This document shows, piece by piece, positions 15,134-23,651 of a stretch of 28,339 nt of DNA (within the stretch, counting starts at the first letter, position 1; every line of letters begins with the position of its first letter). The stretch is taken from IMG/VR virus record IMGVR_UViG_3300029183_000032, positions 1-28,339 of that record. The stretch is one strand, 5' to 3'. Source of the stretch: a virus. Its lineage: Duplodnaviria; Caudoviricetes. A program made the translations under genes and the position numbers. Below the pieces are notes generated by a model. That model made no database searches. It had not been told where the DNA came from and worked only from the letters and a program-made list of their open reading frames with translations.

Positions 15134-16638
15134 TACTGCAACCTCAATCGTTCAATGACTTGATCCTCTGTGATGCCATGATTTTTGGCAGTTTCCCGCA
15201 CGTCATCCATTGTGTAACCTTTGGACTTTAGAAACTCCTCCGTGTCATCTTCCTTTTGAAAATCAATGACCTTTTCTACGGTTTTACTTCTTCTCTCAAA
15301 ATTGACCTCATCAATGATCTGGCGGGCCTGTGCTTTATAAGCAGCCTTTAACCCGGCGCGTTTATCTTTATCACCCTCAGCCTTGATCCGGTCTTCTTCT
15401 GTGGCGTAGAACAGCTTTCTGATAGCATCCCCTCTTAGCTCCGGTGGAACCTGATTTTCTATCATTTTCCGCGCCTCACCGAAGGATAGGGCTACAATAT
15501 TTGTTGCATCTGATACCTTGGCACTCATCAAGGATTTCATTTGCTGGTTAAGCTTGATCTCATCCTCTCTGTCAAGCTCCCCATCCGCTCTTCTGCCCAA
15601 GATATCATTGCGAACGGAATTTATGCCTTCCAAATATCCTTCAGGATCTGAATCCGCTATGGAATTCAAATCATACATTCTGGTTACAATCTCAGCCATG
15701 GCTTGAGAGTTGGTGGCCGCATTAATCTCTTTTTCCGATTTCAGGTAACGCCGCGCCTCTACTGCAAACTCATCACGGATCAGGCCGTTAAGATCCATTT
15801 TATTCAACTCTAAAGTTTTCTGGTCATATGAGATTTCAGGATCTGCAAACAAATCCATCATCTCGCCCTCATTTTGAATCTGTACTTCTATAGCCGCTTC
15901 TCTGGAAGCAATCAGATCCTTCTTTCTTTGCGCCTCATCGCTCTTAATCTGGCTATCAGCTGCCTTCATAAACTTATCAAGGTCTTCAAGGTCAGAGTAC
16001 TTCCCCGCTTTAGCGTCCCTCAAAAACTGAGTGGGGCTGTTGAGGGCATTTGATCCCGCGACTGATGCTCTGACACCTTGAACGCCATCATTTAGGAGCT
16101 GTTGACGCAGCGCGGGATCTGGAATAGAGCCAGCAGCAGCCCTTATTGTATCCAAAGCTGCTTGTTCCTGAGAGGGATCGAGAAAAACAGCATTGTTGTT
16201 TGCAGTTAAAACCGTTTGAAAGTTTTCTTGCGCTCTAACACCAGCCCTGCGGGATTGTTCGCTTATGCCCTTACCTACAAAACTGAGCTTGATATTGTTC
16301 AAATCTTGCGCTGCTCTATCCCGCATGGAAGGGGGGACATTTAATTGCGCAGACCTTTCTTCAAAATCAGCTTCGTACGTCCCCACAAGATTATCAGAAT
16401 CTATATTACTAAGCTCTTCAGAGCGCTTTAATGAATCGAGGCGAAATTCAGATATCTGCTTATGATATTCAAGCTCATCCTTCCTAAGCTGGTTTTCTAC
16501 CACAGCATCACTGGCCTTACTTAGCGCATCAGCAACTCTATCAAATCCTTGCCCACCACCAAATGAAGCAGCCGTGGCTCTTGGAACTCTAACAGGAGAA
16601 ACAGTGCTTGTATTTGAAAACTGCCCTATTCTAGCCAC
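15133..16638 (-). CDS. Internal virion protein (gp15-equivalent position)
   Basis: Helical, charged, about 500 aa; GTG 16638 (ARI...) with GAGG RBS; synteny. Confidence 0.7.
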   Translation of the reverse strand: MARIGQFSNTSTVSPVRVPRATAASFGGGQGFDRVADALSKASDAVVENQLRKDELEYHKQISEFRLDSLKRSEELSNIDSDNLVGTYEADFEERSAQLNVPPSMRDRAAQDLNNIKLSFVGKGISEQSRRAGVRAQENFQTVLTANNNAVFLDPSQEQAALDTIRAAAGSIPDPALRQQLLNDGVQGVRASVAGSNALNSPTQFLRDAKAGKYSDLEDLDKFMKAADSQIKSDEAQRKKDLIASREAAIEVQIQNEGEMMDLFADPEISYDQKTLELNKMDLNGLIRDEFAVEARRYLKSEKEINAATNSQAMAEIVTRMYDLNSIADSDPEGYLEGINSVRNDILGRRADGELDREDEIKLNQQMKSLMSAKVSDATNIVALSFGEARKMIENQVPPELRGDAIRKLFYATEEDRIKAEGDKDKRAGLKAAYKAQARQIIDEVNFERRSKTVEKVIDFQKEDDTEEFLKSKGYTMDDVRETAKNHGITEDQVIERLRLQ

Positions 16639-17146
16639 CGCCAAGTTTCCTCTTATCATCAACAATCTTTGACCCGCCAGCCAGTATAGAAGTTCCTACG
16701 CCTGTAAAAACTGACTTCTTCTTTGATCTCTCCAAGGCCGCATCTGTTAAAAACGCGTTCTCATTCAAGATTCCCTGTTGCTCAAGGTTTAGAATATTCA
16801 ACTCTTCCTGCGCTGCATTATCTCTCAAAATATCCAAAGGTTGCCCAAGATTATTTGCCCCGCCTGCTGCCAGATTAGCGCCTAAACGTAAGCGCCTGTC
16901 TCTGTCGGCCTGCTCTGCATCTCTCTCAGATTGTTGTTTTGCAATATCTGCATTGCGCTTGGCGACCTGCGCGTTAAACTCTGCGGCATCATTAGCTGCG
17001 CTTGTTTCTGATACTGAAGAAATAACGGAGAATATTGTTGAGCCGATTGTTAAAGCCGTTGAAAGGCCAGATGATGTACCGAGAGCCGCAGTAAGCGGAC
17101 CATGGCACATTCGCGGTTGAAATGCGTCCTCACCACCAAAGATCAT
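16631..17146 (-). CDS. Internal virion protein (gp14-like)
   Basis: MCxxP motif (alternative start 17110), Gly/Ala/Ser hydrophobic stretch, A.FNAQVA.RNA; synteny. Confidence 0.7.
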   Translation of the reverse strand: MIFGGEDAFQPRMCHGPLTAALGTSSGLSTALTIGSTIFSVISSVSETSAANDAAEFNAQVAKRNADIAKQQSERDAEQADRDRRLRLGANLAAGGANNLGQPLDILRDNAAQEELNILNLEQQGILNENAFLTDAALERSKKKSVFTGVGTSILAGGSKIVDDKRKLGGG

Positions 17147-17574
17147 TAATTAATCCTTCCATATAAATAACCAGTCGCACCGTCAAACCAGTAATGAGGC
17201 ATGCCCTCAGGTGTCTCTAGCGTCATACCAAGCATAAGCGCCCATCTGTGCTGTGCCGGGACATCCCGTGTAATGCACTCGATACGCTTTGCTTTTATTC
17301 TGTCGAATTCCTTTTTCACCGCCCGATGGATAGGAACCATATTGCGAGCGGTAATTTTCTTACCCAATAAAGACCAAACAACCGCCTTATGCTCTTCAGG
17401 AAACACAAAGCCAGCACAGCCAATGCACTCGCCATCCTCTAAGGCCGACCAACACGGGCCAGCCAGACTTAAAGACCTCCCATATTCTGGGGTAAGATGC
17501 TCTTCCATAAAGAGCTGATCTTCCTGCAATACAAGGGCTTCCAGATGCAGCGACAAAAAAGGAACTACCTTCAT
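17146..17574 (-). CDS. GNAT-fold acetyltransferase-like protein (gp13-equivalent position)
   Basis: IGCAG, RIEC and HRWA..LG...E motifs; follows the nozzle gene. Confidence 0.7.
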   Translation of the reverse strand: MKVVPFLSLHLEALVLQEDQLFMEEHLTPEYGRSLSLAGPCWSALEDGECIGCAGFVFPEEHKAVVWSLLGKKITARNMVPIHRAVKKEFDRIKAKRIECITRDVPAQHRWALMLGMTLETPEGMPHYWFDGATGYLYGRIN

Positions 17575-19718
17575 CTATCGTACGTCGTCATAATTGGCAT
17601 GGTTGCTAATATCGCGCAGGGGAATACGCCTGAGTCTGTTAGATATATTTGCCCCGCCGTTTCATGACCTCCGGGCCATCTTAAAAATGGCGTATCCCCT
17701 GTAAAAAGGGATGTAACCTCATCAAAACCATCCCCTTGATCAAAGTCATACTCATCCAGTGTTGTTGCATCCGGCCCATACTGAAAACCCAGACAATCCT
17801 TAAGCCGGGTTGTCAGGCCAGTAATCCGTTTTGTTTTCCCCTGTGATGTCCCATCTCTTGAGCCGCCCTCAAGCTGCATGGATTTAAACGCCCATGTATT
17901 GCCTAAACCAGCCTGAATAACTGACCCGGTTAAAGAATTAGCCAATGTAATAGAGCCGGAAGATACCGTTAAATCAGGATGTGATTTTCCATCAACGAGA
18001 ACCTTAACCGTTTCACCCTCAAGATGGTCAAGCCCAGAAACTGATGCTGTCGCAGATCCATCATAGGTAAGGCCAGCATCCACATGAAACGCGTCTTCCT
18101 GGGCAATGTCATCTTCATAATAGCGCGTCATATATTCAACATGGCGAACAGTAGAACCGTTGATGTATCTCTTCACTGTCATCCAAAGTTCATCTCTCTG
18201 GCCTTCGGGGTCAGAAATAACAGCTATACTTTCAACTTGAGCCTGCGTACCTGAAGCATCCGATGATCCGCCAATTATATGCCTGCTCCATCCAAAAACA
18301 GCCTGATCCGGGTAATAGGTAAGTCCTATTAAAGTCCCGTCATTTCTCACGCCCCAAACCACATTGGCTGGCTCTTGTTGATAAGCCATATCAACAATCT
18401 GGCCTGAAGTAATATGCTCCGCAGCAATCGTCAGATCCCTTGGCTTTAATCGGTCCAGCTCGAAGGAATAAATAACATCAAAAACTTTTCTTCTCGCTCT
18501 CTGAGCAAAAATGGTTCCAGCATCAGCATGGACAGCCTTAATATAAGCGCCCCCCGTTGAAGAGGTGGTGTCTGCTTTCGCATTTGAGGGGGTCAGGGCT
18601 GCGTTTGTTTCTGAGGGCCTTACAACCCACTCCTGAGCCGTTGTCCCTATCAACAGCCCCTTCTCGTCCGAGGAAAGCCATTGTATCTGATTTACCCTTC
18701 CTGATTGGAGGGTTCCGGTTATGGCACTGTCATCTGTAACTGTTCCATCCGCATCAGAGGGTGCAAACAAAACATCTGTTGCAGAATAACCCCCAGTCTT
18801 ACCCATATCAAAGCGGTCAGGATGTCCACTGGCCCCCGCCATTACAAGGCGGTCTTGATAGAATGTAACGCTTATGGGCCATCCAGTCGTATCAGACCAA
18901 ACACCCAAGCGCCAATCAACCGTTGCTGTTCCCGCAGAAGCATCTGCACCGCTAATAGTCGCAGTTACGCTTGTTGTTGAGCCAACAGCGGTTATCTTAA
19001 GCCATGTCCAGTTATTCGCCGGATCTTCCCAGCGGATTAGTCTGCCAACATCAGATGATTGAAACCCATCACCATCATTAATCCCGGTTGCGGCAGAAGC
19101 TGTTACAGTTACGCTCCCGGTTGTTCCCGATAACGTCAGGGTTGTAGAGGTGGTATTGACGGGCATATATGGCCCATCAGTCAGGGTTAATTCATTTATA
19201 GTCCAGGATGCATGGCCTGTGCGCGTAAGAACCTGAGGCGGATGCTCGCCATGCACCAAGTACATAACATCTGCGCTCTGCGCATAATCAATCTGGAATA
19301 AATTGTCATCATCAAATAAATCATTCCCGCCATACACAGTGGAAATCTCATAAGGAGAGCCACCAGACTCAATCTGTGCATTGTTGCGATAAAACCGAAA
19401 AACAGAGTTACCTACCTCAATGATATAGGCCTGCTCTACATTAAACTCAAAGGGAATTAGCCCTGTTCTTTGGGTAGAGGTTTTAACATCAGCAACATAT
19501 TTTGTGCCGCCCCTGCGAACCAACGGGCCTTGTTTTAAGGGGATAAGGTTTTGTACAAGAAGACCAGCAGAAGCCCTTTTCTCAAGATCAATATGACCTT
19601 CCATAAAGGGGGAAAACTCCCCTGCATTGAAGGAAGTTTGGATAGGTGCAACTCTGACAGCCCATGCAAGTGATGGGATTAGGAGGAAGAATAAAAGTAG
19701 TTTAAGCGCGCGCATCAA
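17571..19718 (-). CDS. Tail tubular protein B / nozzle (T7 gp12-like) preceded by a signal peptide
   Basis: QTSFNAGEFSP, GPLVRRGGT, LIPFEFN, AQSADVM, P..VTFYQDRL and GWSRH motifs; leader MRALKLLLFFLLIPSLAWA. Confidence 0.9.
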   Translation of the reverse strand: MMRALKLLLFFLLIPSLAWAVRVAPIQTSFNAGEFSPFMEGHIDLEKRASAGLLVQNLIPLKQGPLVRRGGTKYVADVKTSTQRTGLIPFEFNVEQAYIIEVGNSVFRFYRNNAQIESGGSPYEISTVYGGNDLFDDDNLFQIDYAQSADVMYLVHGEHPPQVLTRTGHASWTINELTLTDGPYMPVNTTSTTLTLSGTTGSVTVTASAATGINDGDGFQSSDVGRLIRWEDPANNWTWLKITAVGSTTSVTATISGADASAGTATVDWRLGVWSDTTGWPISVTFYQDRLVMAGASGHPDRFDMGKTGGYSATDVLFAPSDADGTVTDDSAITGTLQSGRVNQIQWLSSDEKGLLIGTTAQEWVVRPSETNAALTPSNAKADTTSSTGGAYIKAVHADAGTIFAQRARRKVFDVIYSFELDRLKPRDLTIAAEHITSGQIVDMAYQQEPANVVWGVRNDGTLIGLTYYPDQAVFGWSRHIIGGSSDASGTQAQVESIAVISDPEGQRDELWMTVKRYINGSTVRHVEYMTRYYEDDIAQEDAFHVDAGLTYDGSATASVSGLDHLEGETVKVLVDGKSHPDLTVSSGSITLANSLTGSVIQAGLGNTWAFKSMQLEGGSRDGTSQGKTKRITGLTTRLKDCLGFQYGPDATTLDEYDFDQGDGFDEVTSLFTGDTPFLRWPGGHETAGQIYLTDSGVFPCAILATMPIMTTYDR

Positions 19719-20265
19719 TCCAAGCGTCCTCCGGTAATGGTGTAGGTGGATTTTCTAGCGCATCAGCCGTGAAAGCTGTTGAGACAGCAAATTGGAAATC
19801 TTTGAGAGCGGCTTCTTTTTTGGTGTTGGATTGCGTAATAGGCTCCGCAGCTTCATAGGCCATCTTTGAAGCAAACGCTTCCTCAAACAAAGGGGAAAAT
19901 TCAGCCTCATCCGTAACTTGCTTGATATAGCGAATTTTAAGCGGCGTTCCCTCATCTGTATGAATGTAACCGCCTCTCACCCGGTAATCAGGGTCATCTT
20001 TAATAGCCAAGAGAGCCAAGCAATCATTTGGCAATAAGTAACGATTATCATAACCCCATTCAGGCGCTGTCCCATCAACAGCAATAGAATCCAATTCTAT
20101 AGCAAAATTCCAGGGGTAGGATTGCAGCAAGGCATCACGAACACTGTCATACATCTCATTCAAAGTCCTTGCGGGCTTCGTATTCGTTGTCTCAACGTTT
20201 GCAACGCGAGGCTCACCAAGTTTGGCAAGCGCCCGGTTACAGATGCTCGTTTTATTAGATGCCAT
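19702..20265 (-). CDS. Tail tubular protein A / adaptor (T7 gp11-like)
   Basis: ICNRALAKLG, RDALL...PWNFA and Y.LP.DCL motifs. Confidence 0.88.
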   Translation of the reverse strand: MASNKTSICNRALAKLGEPRVANVETTNTKPARTLNEMYDSVRDALLQSYPWNFAIELDSIAVDGTAPEWGYDNRYLLPNDCLALLAIKDDPDYRVRGGYIHTDEGTPLKIRYIKQVTDEAEFSPLFEEAFASKMAYEAAEPITQSNTKKEAALKDFQFAVSTAFTADALENPPTPLPEDAWIDARA

Positions 20266-20276
20266 GCTGCTTTATC

Positions 20277-20771
20277 CTATTCCATATACTGGATTTGCCC
20301 GGTTACTGTACCGTCGGCAGTCGTGCCAGTGTCCGTGGTTAGGGAGATATAAAGATCCCCATAAGCAGGACGGGCAGACAGCCCAGCAAGTTCCCAAGCG
20401 GATTGTTTAGCTGTGTTAATGTCAGGAGCGCTAAAGCGATATTCAGTCAATCCTACAGCAGCAGCATTAACATCAATATTATTAGCAATAGCGTCTGCAT
20501 CAACAGCAGTGTAGGTTCCATCAGCATTCTTGGTGTAGAAGCCAATATCAACCGTTCCTGCCGTGCCGAGATCATCAAATGCGAATTTAACACTCAGCAA
20601 TACAGCATCAATCGGAACACGGAAAACGTGAGCAATGTCACCATTCGCCGTATCGGTTAGTTCAAACGTATCAACCGCTCCTTTGACAACCCCACCGTGC
20701 AAACGGGAAGGCACAACGTCAGGAGGAGTAGCATCAAAGTCAGTAATGTGTGACCCTTTTTGAGTAGCCAT
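20277..20771 (-). CDS. Capsid-associated / decoration-like protein
   Basis: Beta-rich 164 aa directly after the capsid gene; strong AGGAGG RBS. Confidence 0.6.
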   Translation of the reverse strand: MATQKGSHITDFDATPPDVVPSRLHGGVVKGAVDTFELTDTANGDIAHVFRVPIDAVLLSVKFAFDDLGTAGTVDIGFYTKNADGTYTAVDADAIANNIDVNAAAVGLTEYRFSAPDINTAKQSAWELAGLSARPAYGDLYISLTTDTGTTADGTVTGQIQYME

Positions 20772-20782
20772 GATCTCCTCCT

Positions 20783-21682
20783 TTAGCTTTCAGAACACTT
20801 GATTTCGACACACTTGGCTTCCTCAAGACGTGTGTAGCCAGTGTTCATAGTGGCCTCCACGTAATCAGGATTACCTTGCAAGTCGGAACGTTTACGGACT
20901 TCCCCTTTGATGGTTTGCCACACACCGCGCCCCATGCCGGACTTAACCCACACAGGCAAGCGCCTATAAGAGTTTGTATCCGTTGGAAGACGGTTAGAAA
21001 TGTGGAAATTCATCCCGAGGAACCTACGAACAAAACCATCCTCAAGAACGGGTCTGTCACCGGGAGCAAGATTGAAATCCGTAGATACAATCTGCGTTAG
21101 TGCCAGAAGCTCATCATGCTGGAATGGAGCAATACCGATATGAATTTCTTCATTGTCGGCATCAACATCGCCTTCCAGTAAGATTTTCTGAGCGTTCCGT
21201 AATTTAGGAATGTTCAGTCCGGTTGCGCTACCCGGCCCCACAGTCACAGCCACTTGTTGAGCAGCAGGGAATGTGGTTGAAGTACCGCCTGTCTCACCTG
21301 TCATTGCTGTACCGAAAAATGCTTCTGTAAACAGATCGTCACTTTTACGGTTAAGCGCAGCAACAGCCGAGCGCACATATGCACCTTGCGGCGCAATGTT
21401 TGTTTGAAGTAGGTCAATGTCATCAACGACCTTGCCCCAATCAAACGTTCTTGGGTAAACCCAGCGACCATCATGAGTTACATCAATATTGACGGCTGGC
21501 TTTGCCCGTTCAGTCCGTTCAACAGCTTCGGTAGAATCTACCTGAGATGTCATACGGAATGCTTTACTTCCAGCAGCATCCTGCTCCATGACGAAATTCG
21601 CCAATACAGGGGCCATTTGCTGTGCAAGTAGATCGAGGTTTTCAGAGTATTTCTGAGTCCTCAGAGCTTCGATATCTGCCAT
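20783..21682 (-). CDS. Major capsid protein
   Basis: LLAQQ, AALNRK.D, F.G.A.TG..G.T, RFLGMNF..SNRL and G.TRLEE.K.V.I.C.E motifs; GGAGG RBS before ATG 21682; follows the scaffold gene. Confidence 0.9.
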   Translation of the reverse strand: MADIEALRTQKYSENLDLLAQQMAPVLANFVMEQDAAGSKAFRMTSQVDSTEAVERTERAKPAVNIDVTHDGRWVYPRTFDWGKVVDDIDLLQTNIAPQGAYVRSAVAALNRKSDDLFTEAFFGTAMTGETGGTSTTFPAAQQVAVTVGPGSATGLNIPKLRNAQKILLEGDVDADNEEIHIGIAPFQHDELLALTQIVSTDFNLAPGDRPVLEDGFVRRFLGMNFHISNRLPTDTNSYRRLPVWVKSGMGRGVWQTIKGEVRKRSDLQGNPDYVEATMNTGYTRLEEAKCVEIKCSES

Positions 21683-21687
21683 GATAT

Positions 21688-21857
21688 CCTCCACAGTTTA
21701 GGTTGAAACTGCGGCTTTGCTTGTCACTCAGAACGAGTGGGCGAGTCCTGCATGTATGACGCTCATGCTAGTGCGATAGTCTTTCCTATTGTCAGCCGGG
21801 GTCTTTCGACTTGCCCGGACCTAAGCCCTCACGCGGATATCCACGCAAGGTACTCTG
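21688..21857 (-). promoter_or_regulatory. Structured leader upstream of the capsid gene
   Basis: Series of hairpins on the - strand, including CCGGG-CAA-GTC-GAAA-GAC-CCCGG, GCATG/CATGC, CACTC/GAGTG, and CAGTTT/AAACTG next to the RBS. Confidence 0.45.
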
Positions 21858-22754
21858 TTATGTGCCAAAAATAACTTGGTTAAGGGCTTCCATGCGCTTG
21901 TAATCAACGCCCTTACCTTCGTTATAAGCTCTCAATCGATCCTTATTTGATGGATCTTTAAGTTCTTCCTTTAGCTGTGCTTTCTCAGCTTTGGCCTGTT
22001 CTGGTGAGAAGCCGTAAGGACGAACCCCATCACCGGAATCATGCACCTTGTCTTCTCCAATTTGTTCACCGAGATTGGCAAACATCTTGAGCATATTTGC
22101 TGTACCAATGGCTTGTTCAATTTTATTAAGGGCCTCTTCCTTGTCCACGCCCTCAGGTAATCCGGCCCGCACAGTCCTGCGGCCTAGCTCTTCACGCTCT
22201 GCATAAGCGCTGCCCCACTCTTTCTTTAAAGCTTCAAGCTGCCCGGATTGCTCAATTTCAAGCTGTTTGGCGGATTCTTCTATGATAGCCCCCTCATATT
22301 CCATGGTGGCTGAAATCATTGCGTCACGTTGCGCCTGATTTAAGCCAAGGCCATGCGCCATTTTTGTAGCAAACTCCATACGGCCCGTGTCTACAGCCGC
22401 GCCTTCAGGAACTTCAAACTCTGCATAATCCTCTGGTTTTTCGGGCCTTCCCAATCGGGTATAAACCTCATCCAAGGCGCCTGCCTCAGTTATATCTTTC
22501 GGTAATTTTATGAGCTGGTCTGCTGGAACGCCCTGGAACTTCTCAAGTTCTTGATAGGCTGTCAGTGCTTTAAGGGGGTCATCCCATCCCTTATTTTGCA
22601 CAAATCCTTTCTGCTCATCTGTCACGCCTTCAACGTCATACCAAGCTTTCGCTTCGTTTTCGTTTTCGTTTCCGGCTCCGTTTTCTGCACTTTGGCCTTG
22701 TCCGGGATCTGCTTGTCCTGAATCTTCAGGGGCTGCGGGGGCTGCTTCAGTCAT
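21858..22754 (-). CDS. Capsid scaffolding/assembly protein
   Basis: Acidic flexible N-terminus; RLGRPEKPEDY, GLNQAQ, LKKEWG and GED motifs; GAGGAGG RBS before ATG 22754. Confidence 0.8.
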   Translation of the reverse strand: MTEAAPAAPEDSGQADPGQGQSAENGAGNENENEAKAWYDVEGVTDEQKGFVQNKGWDDPLKALTAYQELEKFQGVPADQLIKLPKDITEAGALDEVYTRLGRPEKPEDYAEFEVPEGAAVDTGRMEFATKMAHGLGLNQAQRDAMISATMEYEGAIIEESAKQLEIEQSGQLEALKKEWGSAYAEREELGRRTVRAGLPEGVDKEEALNKIEQAIGTANMLKMFANLGEQIGEDKVHDSGDGVRPYGFSPEQAKAEKAQLKEELKDPSNKDRLRAYNEGKGVDYKRMEALNQVIFGT

Positions 22755-22998
22755 AATCGTAGTCCTCCTCGTAGTTGTAATATTCGTCGAAATCGACATT
22801 CATAAAATTGGCGATCCGTAAAAATACTTCACGCCGCCCTTCCATACGGGCCATCTCTAATGGGTCCGTAGAGAAATTCGTCCTTGTTGGATTACAAAAG
22901 GTTCGCAAATCTGCCAGCACCACCTTGCCGGACTCATCACCCAAAGCGAGGCGATAATCTGTCTGCTTCCTTCGCAGAAGCTTAAATGGGCCGCTCAT
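22747..22998 (-). CDS. Conserved small head-module protein (Bbp19-like)
   Basis: G..VLADL..FC and A..EGRREV..RI pattern; between portal and scaffold. Confidence 0.7.
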   Translation of the reverse strand: MSGPFKLLRRKQTDYRLALGDESGKVVLADLRTFCNPTRTNFSTDPLEMARMEGRREVFLRIANFMNVDFDEYYNYEEDYDYD

Positions 22999-23498
22999 TA
23001 CTTCTTCTTTTTCTTGGATTTCTTGGCTGCTTTTGCGACCTCTTCCTCAACCTCTTTTGCAGCCTCGGCCTCTATGCTTTCGGCTGATTTCTTGGCGCGG
23101 AGCTTGCGCTTAGCCTCATCCTTGGCCATCTTTTTGGCTCTGGCTTCACGAATAGCCTCATTTTTAGCTTCTTCTTCAGCGGCTTTTTTCTCTTTATCAG
23201 CCTTAGCTTTTGCGACTTGTGCAGCCTCAGCTTCAACCCTTTTGGCACGCTCATCTTCTCTTTTCTGAGTGGATGTCCTGTATGGTTCACCGCTTGGAGT
23301 TTGAGAACGACGAATGGCAAACAGCATTTCAACAGTGGCATCAACACCGCCATTGCGATTGATCTCTTCCTGAATGACAGATTCCATGTCGCACTTGGAC
23401 CATTTTTCGCCCTTAAGCTTCATGATGACAATCTGAAATGCGTCCGTGACATCGAAGCCGTATTGGTTACAGTCTCCAAAAGTGTGTAAAGGTGTCAT
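22998..23498 (-). CDS. Hypothetical protein with long Lys/Ala/Glu helical tail
   Basis: GGAG RBS; coupled at both ends; ends KKSKKKKK. Confidence 0.75.
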   Translation of the reverse strand: MTPLHTFGDCNQYGFDVTDAFQIVIMKLKGEKWSKCDMESVIQEEINRNGGVDATVEMLFAIRRSQTPSGEPYRTSTQKREDERAKRVEAEAAQVAKAKADKEKKAAEEEAKNEAIREARAKKMAKDEAKRKLRAKKSAESIEAEAAKEVEEEVAKAAKKSKKKKK

Positions 23499-23641
23499 GA
23501 TAATTTCTCCAATATTTTGTTTAAAAGAAATAGCTGCTTTATATTTGCAACATCGTAATGCTCTATAGGTCTGCGCTTATCTTCAGGCACTCCCTCTAAA
23601 TACCAATCCAGCGCCTGTTGTTTTAATGCGTCAAACTTCAT
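23495..23641 (-). CDS. Small hypothetical protein (48 aa)
   Basis: TAAGGA RBS; MKFDALKQQALDWYLEGVPEDKRRPIEHYDVANIKQLFLLNKILEKLS*; ATGA coupling. Confidence 0.6.
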   Translation of the reverse strand: MKFDALKQQALDWYLEGVPEDKRRPIEHYDVANIKQLFLLNKILEKLS

Positions 23642-23651
23642 GGTCGTATCC

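Noticed and set aside
20771-20800. Capsid readthrough or frameshift extension as in T7 10B
   Set aside because: The capsid gene ends at TAA and the next gene has its own strong AGGAGG RBS; no slippery site was seen.
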